Of a stretch of DNA of 34,609 nt, positions 27,374-34,609 are shown one piece after another. This DNA comes from an uncultured Staphylococcaceae bacterium (GTDB taxonomy: Bacteria; Bacillota_I; Bacilli_A; RFN20; CAG-826): contig CAYJDS010000003.1 of NCBI GenBank assembly GCA_964369015.1, positions 1 through 34,609 on the forward strand, in the 5' to 3' direction. Positions within the stretch are counted from its first letter, which is position 1. Each line of letters opens with the position of its first letter. The notes below the pieces were generated by a model, which had not been told where the DNA came from, did not search any database, and saw only the letters and a program-made list of their open reading frames with translations. Both the position numbers and the translations under genes were made by a program.

Positions 27374-27410
27374 AATTTTAGTAAAATTTAGTAAAATTTG
27401 TAGTAAATTT
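27374..27410. promoter_or_regulatory. Tandem GalR-type operators
   Basis: AATTTTA-G-TAAAATT palindrome overlapped by a second TTTAGTAAAA and a third TAGTAAA; resembles the TTTTAGTAAAA operator of streptococcal GalR. Confidence 0.6.
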
Positions 27411-27449
27411 GTTTTATTTGTTTTATCATTAAAGTAAGAGGTTGGGTAT

Positions 27450-28439
27450 ATGACAAAATTAAATGATATTGCCTTAAAGGCTGCGACTAGCGTTTCGACC
27501 GTTTCACGGGTTTTAAATGAAGATCCGACCCTTTCGGTGTCCGGAGAAAAGCGAGCACTAATTTTAAAAATTGCTCGTGAATTAAATTATGAAACACCAA
27601 AAAGCCGCAAACAAAAGAAAACAACTTGCACGATTGGACTTATTCATTGGTTCAGCCGTGAACAAGAAACCGCTGACACTTATTACCTTTCGATTCGCCT
27701 CGGCATTGAAAAAGCTTGTCATCACCAAAACATTCTCCTTGAAAAATCTTTCAGTGGCGACAGTGATCCACTGCCGCGCGCTCATGAAGTCGAAGGCGTT
27801 ATCGCGCTTGGAAAATTTCGCAAAGATTTTGCACTACAACTAATTAAATTGTATAAGAATGTTGTCTTTGTCGATTCTAGTCCGGCGACTGAAGATAGTG
27901 ATTCAGTAGTCGTCGACTTTAAAGAAGCAATGCTCAAGGCAACTAATTATATAAATGATCTTAAAATTAACAAAGTCGGTTATATTGGTGGCCGCGAATA
28001 TATTGGCAACCTTGCCCTTGGGGAAAGACGGGAAGAAGTCTTTCGTGAATATTACAACAATAAATTTAATGATTATATCTTTGTTGGTGACTTTAGTTTA
28101 GAATCTGGATATAAAAAAGCGATTGAAGCAATTGAAAGTAAAAAACTACCCGAAGCCTTTATTATTGCAAGTGACGCAATGGCGCTTGGGGCCCTCCGTG
28201 CCTTTCATGAAAAAGGCATTAAGATTCCTGACGATCTTTCACTTATTAGTTTTAATGATATTCCGGAATCACGCTATTCCATCCCGCCGCTTACAACCGT
28301 GCGCATTCACCAAGAGTTTATGGGATACGAAGCGGTTAGTTTGATTCTTGAACGAATTAAAGATAAACGGCGCATTGCCAAACGAATTACAATCGCCACT
28401 GAGCTAATTATTCGTAACTCAACTAAAAAGCCGATTTAA
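27450..28439 (+). CDS. galR: LacI-family transcriptional regulator (GalR/EbgR/GanR subfamily)
   Basis: HTH L.DIA..A..SVSTVSRVLN.DPTLSV; E..D.YYLSIR.GIE; SD.MALGA; PPLTTV. Confidence 0.88.
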   Translation: MTKLNDIALKAATSVSTVSRVLNEDPTLSVSGEKRALILKIARELNYETPKSRKQKKTTCTIGLIHWFSREQETADTYYLSIRLGIEKACHHQNILLEKSFSGDSDPLPRAHEVEGVIALGKFRKDFALQLIKLYKNVVFVDSSPATEDSDSVVVDFKEAMLKATNYINDLKINKVGYIGGREYIGNLALGERREEVFREYYNNKFNDYIFVGDFSLESGYKKAIEAIESKKLPEAFIIASDAMALGALRAFHEKGIKIPDDLSLISFNDIPESRYSIPPLTTVRIHQEFMGYEAVSLILERIKDKRRIAKRITIATELIIRNSTKKPI

Positions 28440-28619
28440 ACGATTATTCAGTCTATTATATTCTATTCCGAAACAAAAATTTAGGAAAGTTATTAAGCTA
28501 TTTATATCACATATAAATAAGTGGCATGAGAAAGAGCATCACACAAAATTACATTATTGAAACATATACTTTAGTTAAAAAATTGCGTTAGAATTAAAGT
28601 TAGATAAGGGGATTGGATT

Positions 28620-29780
28620 ATGATTACGACAACAAAATTGACTGCTGCATTTCAAAGGTTATATAAAAGTGAACCACAAGGCATTTATTTTTCACCTGGT
28701 CGCGTTAATCTAATTGGTGAACATATTGACTATCACGGCGGACTTGTTTTACCGGCCGCACTTTCAATCGGCACTTACGCTGCCTTTAGTAAACGAAGCG
28801 ACAATGTCATTCGCGTTTATAGTAAAGGCTATGTTATTAAACCGCTTAATTTTTCCTTAAATGAACTTGAAAAAGATGATAAAACAAACTGGGCGAACTA
28901 TATTCGCGGCGTCTTTGTAATATTAAAGAAACAAGGTCACATAATTGACAGTGGTTTAAACCTTTATATTGAAAGTGATATGCCGACAAGTGGCGGCCTT
29001 TCTTCGTCCTCTTCACTTGAATTATTATTAATTTCGATTCTTAATGATGTGTTCTCTTTAAACTTATCAAAAACTGAGATGGCAATCCTTGGTCGGAAAG
29101 TTGAAAATGAATATATCGGTGTTTTGTCGGGCATCATGGATCAATTTGTCATTGCTCATGGTAAGAAAGACAATGCCCTGCTTCTTAATACAAGCACCCT
29201 TGAATTTGTTTATGCGCCGCTTAAATTAGGCGCGTTTTCACTCGTGGTTGTAAACACAAATAAAAAAAGAGGTCTTGCGGATTCTAAGTATAATGAACGC
29301 TACAGCGAAACAATGGTAGCCTTAAAAATTTTACAACAAAAATTTAATGTCAAATATTTAACTGAACTAAAAAATAGTGATCTTCCGGAGATTGAACGAA
29401 TGCTTGATCCGCTGGCTTTCCGTCGCGTTCGTCACGTCATTAGTGAACAGGAAAGAACTGTTTTAAGCGCTAAAGCACTGCAAAACGGTGATATTTTAGC
29501 CTTTGCCGAATATTTAAATAGCTCCCATGAGTCACTAAAAGATGATTACGAAGTAACCGGTGCCGAGCTTGATACGTTAGTAAGCCTCATGCGCACAAAT
29601 GGTGCGATAGGCGCGCGGATGACCGGTGCGGGGTTTGGAGGTTGCGCCATTGCGCTTGTCCCTCATGAAGAAGTTAAAAAGATGACAAGTGTTGTCACCC
29701 ACCAATATTTAAACCGCTTTGGCTTTGAACCAACCTTTTTTACAACTACGATTGCCGACGGTACGCACCGCATTAAATAA
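28620..29780 (+). CDS. galK: Galactokinase
   Basis: SPGRVNLIGEHIDY, P...GLSSSSS, GIMDQ, YNER, GARMTGAGFGGC. Confidence 0.96.
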   Translation: MITTTKLTAAFQRLYKSEPQGIYFSPGRVNLIGEHIDYHGGLVLPAALSIGTYAAFSKRSDNVIRVYSKGYVIKPLNFSLNELEKDDKTNWANYIRGVFVILKKQGHIIDSGLNLYIESDMPTSGGLSSSSSLELLLISILNDVFSLNLSKTEMAILGRKVENEYIGVLSGIMDQFVIAHGKKDNALLLNTSTLEFVYAPLKLGAFSLVVVNTNKKRGLADSKYNERYSETMVALKILQQKFNVKYLTELKNSDLPEIERMLDPLAFRRVRHVISEQERTVLSAKALQNGDILAFAEYLNSSHESLKDDYEVTGAELDTLVSLMRTNGAIGARMTGAGFGGCAIALVPHEEVKKMTSVVTHQYLNRFGFEPTFFTTTIADGTHRIK

Positions 29781-29781
29781 A

Positions 29782-30738
29782 TTATAAAATCGTAAACAAA
29801 TAAGTAATTTTCCGCTTGTACTCCTGATTGGCAGCTCTTTGGATTTCTTTATATTCATCGTCTTTGCCACACACTGGGTCAACTGGTTCAATTGCAATCG
29901 CCCGGTGGATGTTAACCGCGCCATGTTCTTTAAGTGGGTATGGGGAAGGATAGTTTGTGGTGTAAAGTTGGACTGCACTATAATTTGTTACCACTTCTAA
30001 ACTTAAATCTTTAGTCTTTAAATACACTCTCCCTTCACTTAAAAGATAGAGATGATCAATTCCCATACTTGGGGCATTGTAAATTGAAGGGTCAAAAATA
30101 ATTTCACCAAGCTTTTTGACCTTACTTAAATTAAGTACGTCGCCACTTTCTAATGGCACGAGATTAGTATTAATTAGTTCTGCATCAAAAGCGTAATAGC
30201 CAATCGTTTGCGCGCGAATCTCATGCGCCAAAATATCGCCTTCTCCCGCTAAATTAAAATAGGAATGATTAGTAATATTAAGGAGAACATCTTCTTTTGG
30301 ATCAACGATATATTCAATGCTTAACCCGCTTTTTTCTAAAGTATAAATAACTTTAACATCATACTCACCATTAAATCTATCAATATTTTCATGGTGATGA
30401 TAAGCAAAAATAATTTTAGTACTACTAAATAATTCCACCCTAAATTCTTGAAAAGAAAATCCCCAAGCTCCGCCGTGAAGAGTGTGTTTACCGCGTTCAT
30501 TCGCTGCAAGTTCCACTTCTTTATCATTAATCTTGTAGCGAGCATTTTTAATCCGCCCCGCAACCGGCCCAACCGTCGCACCGTAATAGGAGGCGTCACG
30601 TTTTTGATAAATAGCTAGATCAGCATTTGTTAAAACAACGTTACGAGCAAGCGGTTTAATTGTTAAAGATAAGATTGTCGCCCCTAAACTTAAAAACTCA
30701 GCCCGAATAAAATCATTTTCCAGAGTATATATTTTCAT
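29782..30738 (-). CDS. galM: Aldose 1-epimerase (galactose mutarotase)
   Basis: GATVG.VAGRI, HTLHGG, NITNHSYFNL, GIDH, VQLYT.N, AIEP; ATG 30738 preferred (AGGTGA upstream) over GTG 30747. Confidence 0.9.
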   Translation of the reverse strand: MKIYTLENDFIRAEFLSLGATILSLTIKPLARNVVLTNADLAIYQKRDASYYGATVGPVAGRIKNARYKINDKEVELAANERGKHTLHGGAWGFSFQEFRVELFSSTKIIFAYHHHENIDRFNGEYDVKVIYTLEKSGLSIEYIVDPKEDVLLNITNHSYFNLAGEGDILAHEIRAQTIGYYAFDAELINTNLVPLESGDVLNLSKVKKLGEIIFDPSIYNAPSMGIDHLYLLSEGRVYLKTKDLSLEVVTNYSAVQLYTTNYPSPYPLKEHGAVNIHRAIAIEPVDPVCGKDDEYKEIQRAANQEYKRKITYLFTIL

Positions 30739-30934
30739 ATGGTTCACCTACTCAATAATTATGAACCATTTTTGGCAATTTTAAAAATAGGACTATAATT
30801 TTCATGTATTCATTCCTACATTATTTTTATTGTTTTTATTCACTCTCTAAAAAAGTCAACATCGTAAATAAAAATGCGCTTTGATTTATGGATAAGATGT
30901 TTTCGATTATTATTGAATTATGAGGAATTAAATA

Positions 30935-31150
30935 ATGAATAGTGAAATAAAATACATGGCCTTAACCTTAGAGGACTTTCCAATTGGCAAACGGGTTTAT
31001 TACTATTACTTACCAATTATAAGCGGAATAACAATTGGTGACGTTTTAACCGATAAAAATGGTAAACAATATCGCATTATTGATGGTAAAACTTGTCTTA
31101 CCCGCGCCGAGATTGATACTAATAAATATAAACCTTTTGCGAATATGTAG
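30935..31150 (+). CDS. Hypothetical 71-aa protein with a YYYY run
   Basis: Occupies intergenic space with no overlap; GAGGA 9 nt before the ATG; protein-like composition. Confidence 0.55.
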   Translation: MNSEIKYMALTLEDFPIGKRVYYYYLPIISGITIGDVLTDKNGKQYRIIDGKTCLTRAEIDTNKYKPFANM

Positions 31151-31169
31151 AAAAGAGTGTGACATTTAC

Positions 31170-32621
31170 TTATAAAGCTTCTGGTCCAAAATCAGCAATA
31201 AATTTAGCGACTAATTTTTCTTGCCAATCGTTTGTCGGCGCAAGACGTCCAAGGAAAAAGCGCATAACCGCTGGTTCTTCAATAAAGCGTAGTCCACCTA
31301 TTAAATCGCGGTTATCAAACAGCCAAGCAAGTCGATCAACCATAAAAGTAATATGGGACAAGGAGAAAACACGCCGTGGGAGGGCAAGCCTTACTAATTC
31401 AACACTTGCTAAATGATCACTGCCGTCAGCGTTACGTGTTTCCGAAATTGTGCCCCGTTCCATTCCGCGTGAGCCACTGACAAGATAAATGGCCGCGTTA
31501 AGCGCGCCAGCTGGATATTCTTCACCCTTTACATGCGGTAAGAAAGCCCGGGCGTCAACATGAAGACCTAACCCACCAAAAGGGGTGACAACTGGGACAT
31601 TTTTTTCTTGGAGCATTTTTCCAAAAGCTTCAATAAATTGTGGTCCTTGATTAATAACATCAAAGTCTAAAGTTTCTTCTAAGCCAACATTGAGTGCTTC
31701 CATTTCCCGCACACTCATCCCGCCGTAAGTAAGAAACCCTTCAAAAAGTGGGACAAGATTTTTCATTTTATTAAATAGACCGTCGTCATTAACCATAATT
31801 CCACCGCCACGAGCGCTACCTAGTTTACGTGCTGAAAAATAAATTATGTCCGCTTCAGCGGCAATTTGCCGGTTAATTTCGGCAATTGATAACTTTTCTA
31901 ATCCTTTTTCACGTGTTTTAAGAAAGTAGAGATTATCTGATAAAAGACTTGAATCCATGACCAGTAGAAGGTTATGTTTATTACAGATTTTTTTAACGGC
32001 TTTAATATTTGCTAACGAAATTGGTTGGCCCCCAATTAAGTTTGTGCCGAGTTCAATCCGCACAAACGCGATTTTTTCTTTACCGTGTTTTTTAATTTCC
32101 GCTTCTAACTTCACTAAATCCATATCACCTTTAAATTGGTTCGTGCTTGATGTCTCGATTGCTTCGTCGAGATGACATTCAATGACCTCACCACCACACT
32201 CATTAATATGGGCTTTAGTCGTTGTAAAATGATAGTTCATTAAGACAACGTCGCCTTTTTTAACAAACACTTTACTGATAATGTGTTCGGCCGCTCTTCC
32301 TTGGTGGACGGGCAAGAAATGTTTCATATTAAAAAATGATTGGAGGGTTTTTTCCAGTCTATAAAAGGTTTCGCTTCCAGCGTAAGAATCGTCGGCTAAA
32401 GACATTGCTGCAAGTTGGCGGTCACTCATCGCATTTGTGCCGCTATCAGTGAGCATATCTAAAAATACATCGCGATTTCTTAAAAGAAAAGTGTTGTTAC
32501 CAGCTTCACTTATAGCTTTGGCTCTTTCCTTGATCGGTAATAAATTAATTTTTGTTACAATCCGAACCTTATGCATTTCTAAGGGAAATGGTGCGGCTTT
32601 ATAACGGGCAATTTTAGTCAT
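31170..32621 (-). CDS. tpl: PLP-dependent beta-eliminating lyase, tyrosine phenol-lyase-like (tryptophanase/TPL family)
   Basis: NTFLL, LTDSGT.AMS, YAGS, HQGRAAE, NLIGGQP, SARK (PLP lysine), VRLALPRR; TPL-type FTTT, MERG and RFF; Tyr T-box upstream. Confidence 0.8.
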   Translation of the reverse strand: MTKIARYKAAPFPLEMHKVRIVTKINLLPIKERAKAISEAGNNTFLLRNRDVFLDMLTDSGTNAMSDRQLAAMSLADDSYAGSETFYRLEKTLQSFFNMKHFLPVHQGRAAEHIISKVFVKKGDVVLMNYHFTTTKAHINECGGEVIECHLDEAIETSSTNQFKGDMDLVKLEAEIKKHGKEKIAFVRIELGTNLIGGQPISLANIKAVKKICNKHNLLLVMDSSLLSDNLYFLKTREKGLEKLSIAEINRQIAAEADIIYFSARKLGSARGGGIMVNDDGLFNKMKNLVPLFEGFLTYGGMSVREMEALNVGLEETLDFDVINQGPQFIEAFGKMLQEKNVPVVTPFGGLGLHVDARAFLPHVKGEEYPAGALNAAIYLVSGSRGMERGTISETRNADGSDHLASVELVRLALPRRVFSLSHITFMVDRLAWLFDNRDLIGGLRFIEEPAVMRFFLGRLAPTNDWQEKLVAKFIADFGPEAL

Positions 32622-32630
32622 AGTCTTTTT

Positions 32631-32883
32631 TCCTTTCTGCCATCGCTAATAAAAAACGATGGTCTAGTGTAAGGACGAAACATTTTGTTCCGCGGTACCA
32701 CCCTACTTATGGATTAACCATCGCTTATTGAGTTAAACTCTATCCTTGTAACGGAGGATTCCGGGATAGCCTACTCTACTTCGGTATCCGGCTCATAAGT
32801 GTATATCGTAATCTTTAGTGCTTGCTTTCACCACCCGCAAGTTCTCTTGGCCTAAATTCTTACGCTTTTCTTAATCAAAGCCC
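32631..32883 (-). ncRNA. T-box riboswitch leader, Tyr (UAC) specifier
   Basis: Minus strand: GA-motif base GCTTTGATTAAG..CTTATGAGC, AGAGA bulge, GGTGAAA loop, specifier loop CGATA-TAC-A-CTTATGA (TAC at 32803-32801), stem II with GAA/AGTA, CCGTTA stem IIA/B, T-box AGGGTGGTACCGCG..TTCGTCCTT. Confidence 0.93.
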
Positions 32884-32905
32884 TTAATAAAAATCTATAG
32901 CTATT

Positions 32906-32934
32906 ACTTTAACGGACAATAATATAATTGGCAA
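32906..32934 (-). promoter_or_regulatory. Putative promoter of the T-box-tpl transcript
   Basis: TTGCCA-17 nt-TAAAGT about 20 nt before stem I. Confidence 0.45.
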
Positions 32935-33021
32935 CCAATATTAAAATGAAAGCGGTATATTGAAAATATATTAGCGAAGACTCGGAAATCATGAAATTAA
33001 TCTTGTTTCAAAGAATAGCAC

Positions 33022-33558
33022 TTACTTTAAGAGAAAATATAGTTTATTAAGCCGCATTTGCAAAGGAATACCAATCAGGCCCACGACAAGTCCCGTTAAA
33101 GCTGCGCCGCCAAGCGCAAACGGAAGTCCGCCGAGGAAGTTAACAAAACTACCTTCGATTACGGATGCATAAATAACTTCCGATATTAAATTTGGAATTA
33201 AAACGAGGAGGAAGGAAATTAAACCGAGTTTTACATAATGGATTGGTTTGGTTGAACTTGTCAGACAACCTTCACTTAAATATCCGCCATAAATAAACTT
33301 TTCAAACAATTTTAAAAACAGAGCAATCAACGGCAGAAAAACAATGTTTAACGCCGTTAAAAGTTGCATATTGGTGAGCCACATCACAAAGCCAACAACC
33401 CCGCCTAAAATCATCGCTTCATATTTTCTTAAACTTAACGAAAGAATAATAAAGACCGACAAAGCAACAAAGCTTGTATATGGAATAAGATTAAGTCCAA
33501 CCACTAAAGCAGCAAGGACAGCAATAAGACTAATCTGTTTAATTGATAGTGTTTTCAT
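33022..33558 (-). CDS. Membrane protein, ECF transporter S-component-like
   Basis: 178 aa, 5-6 TM segments, N-terminal K.I..IAV.AAL (AxxxA) pattern; SD GAGGT. Confidence 0.6.
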   Translation of the reverse strand: MKTLSIKQISLIAVLAALVVGLNLIPYTSFVALSVFIILSLSLRKYEAMILGGVVGFVMWLTNMQLLTALNIVFLPLIALFLKLFEKFIYGGYLSEGCLTSSTKPIHYVKLGLISFLLVLIPNLISEVIYASVIEGSFVNFLGGLPFALGGAALTGLVVGLIGIPLQMRLNKLYFLLK

Positions 33559-33676
33559 AGTAATAAATACCTCGATTTATAATAACTTACCAGTTACCCT
33601 AATTAAAATTATATGCTTAGGATATCTTAGTGAATTTTTGCTGAAGAACCGTAGTTAAATTACTCTTCAAGTTAAG

Positions 33677-33704
33677 AAAAAAGCGCATAGAATGCGCGTT
33701 TTTT
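33677..33704 (-). terminator. Terminator of the tRNA operon (potentially bidirectional)
   Basis: AAAAAA-GCGCAT-AGA-ATGCGC-GTTTTTT. Confidence 0.75.
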
Positions 33705-33710
33705 ATGGAA

Positions 33711-33784
33711 TGGAGCAAGTGACGGGAATCGAACCCGCGTAATTAGCTTGGAAGGCTAATGTTCTACCATTGAACTACACTTGC
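33711..33784 (-). tRNA. tRNA-Gly (TCC)
   Basis: GCAAGTG..TGGTAGA..ATTAGC CT-TCC-AA GCTAAT..GGTTCGATTCC..CACTTGC-TCCA; 74 nt with encoded CCA. Confidence 0.97.
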
Positions 33785-33793
33785 AATTTTTAC

Positions 33794-33869
33794 TGGCGGA
33801 CTAGACGGGGATCGAACCCGTGATCTTCTGCGTGACAGGCAGACATGTTAACCGCTACACTACTAGTCC
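33794..33869 (-). tRNA. tRNA-Asp (GTC)
   Basis: GGACTAG..TCTGC CT-GTC-AC GCAGA..GGTTCGATCCC..CTAGTCC-GCCA; 76 nt with encoded CCA. Confidence 0.97.
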
Positions 33870-33880
33870 GTGCTTTATTT

Positions 33881-33908
33881 ATTATAATGATTATAACAAC
33901 GATTACAA
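33881..33908 (-). promoter_or_regulatory. tRNA operon promoter
   Basis: TTGTAA-16 nt-TATAAT, with an additional TGTTATAAT inside the spacer. Confidence 0.6.
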
Positions 33909-33952
33909 GTAAAATATACGTTTTATTTCGGATTTTTCTTGGCATGCACGTA

Positions 33953-33980
33953 AATAAAAAGCTGACCGTTAAAGTCAGCT
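33953..33980 (-). terminator. Intrinsic terminator after lemA
   Basis: AGCTGAC-7 nt-GTCAGCT followed by TTTTATTT on the minus strand. Confidence 0.75.
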
Positions 33981-34005
33981 AATTATAAAGTTTTTTAATT
34001 TATCT

Positions 34006-34608
34006 TTAAAAGAATGTTTTCCGTGCTTCAGCTTTTGTTTCAGCGGAGGCAATAAACGGAATTCTCGTGGTGTAACCTTCTTTAGCGGCAACAATCATTT
34101 TCGTCGGCCACGCAAAGACGTCCGTGTTCCATTTATTAACTAAGTCGTTATAAAGTTCACGAGCAGCGGTAATTTCACGTTGTAAGTAGCTGTTTTGTTG
34201 CATTGCGTCTTGAATTGCTTGGTGAGCTTTTAGTTCAGGATAATTTTCAAACGCAATATTTAAGCGATTGGTGACCTCGCCTGCTTGTCCGGCGACTTCA
34301 TTACGCACTGCGTCAGGGTTTACGCCACTGCGAAGTCCTGCGATAGTTGTAAAAGTATCCTTATCAAGCGCCACAGCGCGATTAACTAATCCGACAACGT
34401 TATTTAAAATTACAACTCGTTGTTCGAGATAATTGTCGATTTGACTTGCAGCGTGTTGAAGTCTTTGTTGGAGTTGTTGGAAATGTTTTTTCGCGGCTAT
34501 TTTCTTAAACAAGAAAACGACGCCAGGAATAATTAGTAAAACCCAAAGCATAATTTCAAAAAACTTTGAACCCCACCCGACCTTTACTTCAATTTGTTTG
34601 TTAATAAC
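34006..34608 (-). CDS. lemA: LemA family protein (5' end outside the window)
   Basis: SQIDNYLEQR, FENYPELKA, EI.AARE.YN..V..WN..F.WP; frame stays open upstream of ATG 34551 to the window edge (VINKQIEVKVGWGSKFFEI). Confidence 0.88.
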   Translation of the reverse strand, partial: VINKQIEVKVGWGSKFFEIMLWVLLIIPGVVFLFKKIAAKKHFQQLQQRLQHAASQIDNYLEQRVVILNNVVGLVNRAVALDKDTFTTIAGLRSGVNPDAVRNEVAGQAGEVTNRLNIAFENYPELKAHQAIQDAMQQNSYLQREITAARELYNDLVNKWNTDVFAWPTKMIVAAKEGYTTRIPFIASAETKAEARKTFF

Positions 34609-34609
34609 A

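Noticed and set aside
27374-27410. Short direct repeats as a CRISPR array or replication iterons
   Set aside because: Only 2-3 copies of 7-10 bp, no spacers, no cas or rep genes; better explained as GalR operators
31170-32621. Calling the lyase tryptophanase (tnaA)
   Set aside because: Specificity positions are TPL-type (FTTT, MERG, RFF), there is no tnaC-like leader peptide, and the T-box specifier is Tyr
32640-32662. The CCATCGTT/AGCGATGG hairpin as the ordinary T-box terminator
   Set aside because: It is followed by CAGAAAGG rather than a U-tract and does not by itself overlap the antiterminator 3' strand
1350-33658. The many short alternative-frame and antisense ORFs in the track (e.g. 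1755-2099, 6067-6462, 14879-15295, 22401-22841, 31159-31416, 33344-33658)
   Set aside because: They lie within or opposite well-supported genes, lack SDs and show no recognisable motifs; treated as shadow ORFs
33711-33869. tRNA genes as an integration site for a genomic island
   Set aside because: No integrase or transposase and no duplicated tRNA 3' end seen in the window
34006-34551. lemA starting at ATG 34551
   Set aside because: No SD there, and the frame is open to the window edge, so the true start is probably outside the window
1-34609. Genetic code 4 (TGA=Trp), considered because of Mollicutes-like features
   Set aside because: Long Trp-rich genes read through intact in the standard code, and malF ends in a TGA overlapping the malG ATG

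Overview
Chromosomal, AT-rich, translation-table-11 region from what looks like a Bacilli/Mollicutes-like bacterium (inferred from many lipoproteins, InlB B-repeat domains, no sortase motifs and the LemA type). 0.2-18.2 kb is a cell-surface starch/pullulan utilisation cluster: malQ, two paralogous membrane-anchored type I pullulanases, two lipoprotein GH13 amylases, two non-catalytic putative starch-binding lipoproteins and a maltodextrin ABC binding protein with permeases. 18.3-22.2 kb holds a HAD hydrolase, a membrane esterase, small membrane proteins and a degenerate PlsX-like protein. 22.3-30.7 kb is a galactose/glucose cluster: mglBAC with a circularly permuted MglB, a LacI/GalR regulator with tandem operators, galK and galM. 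31.2-32.9 kb is the most striking part: a divergent tyrosine phenol-lyase-like gene under a complete tyrosine-specifying T-box riboswitch that lacks a canonical terminator and appears to sequester the SD. This suggests either starvation-induced biosynthetic use of the lyase (phenol salvage) or an inverted-logic T-box. The window ends with an ECF S-component-like gene, tRNA-Gly, tRNA-Asp and a 5'-truncated lemA. No CRISPR, IS, integrase or phage genes seen. All family assignments are by-eye motif recognition; no searches were run.
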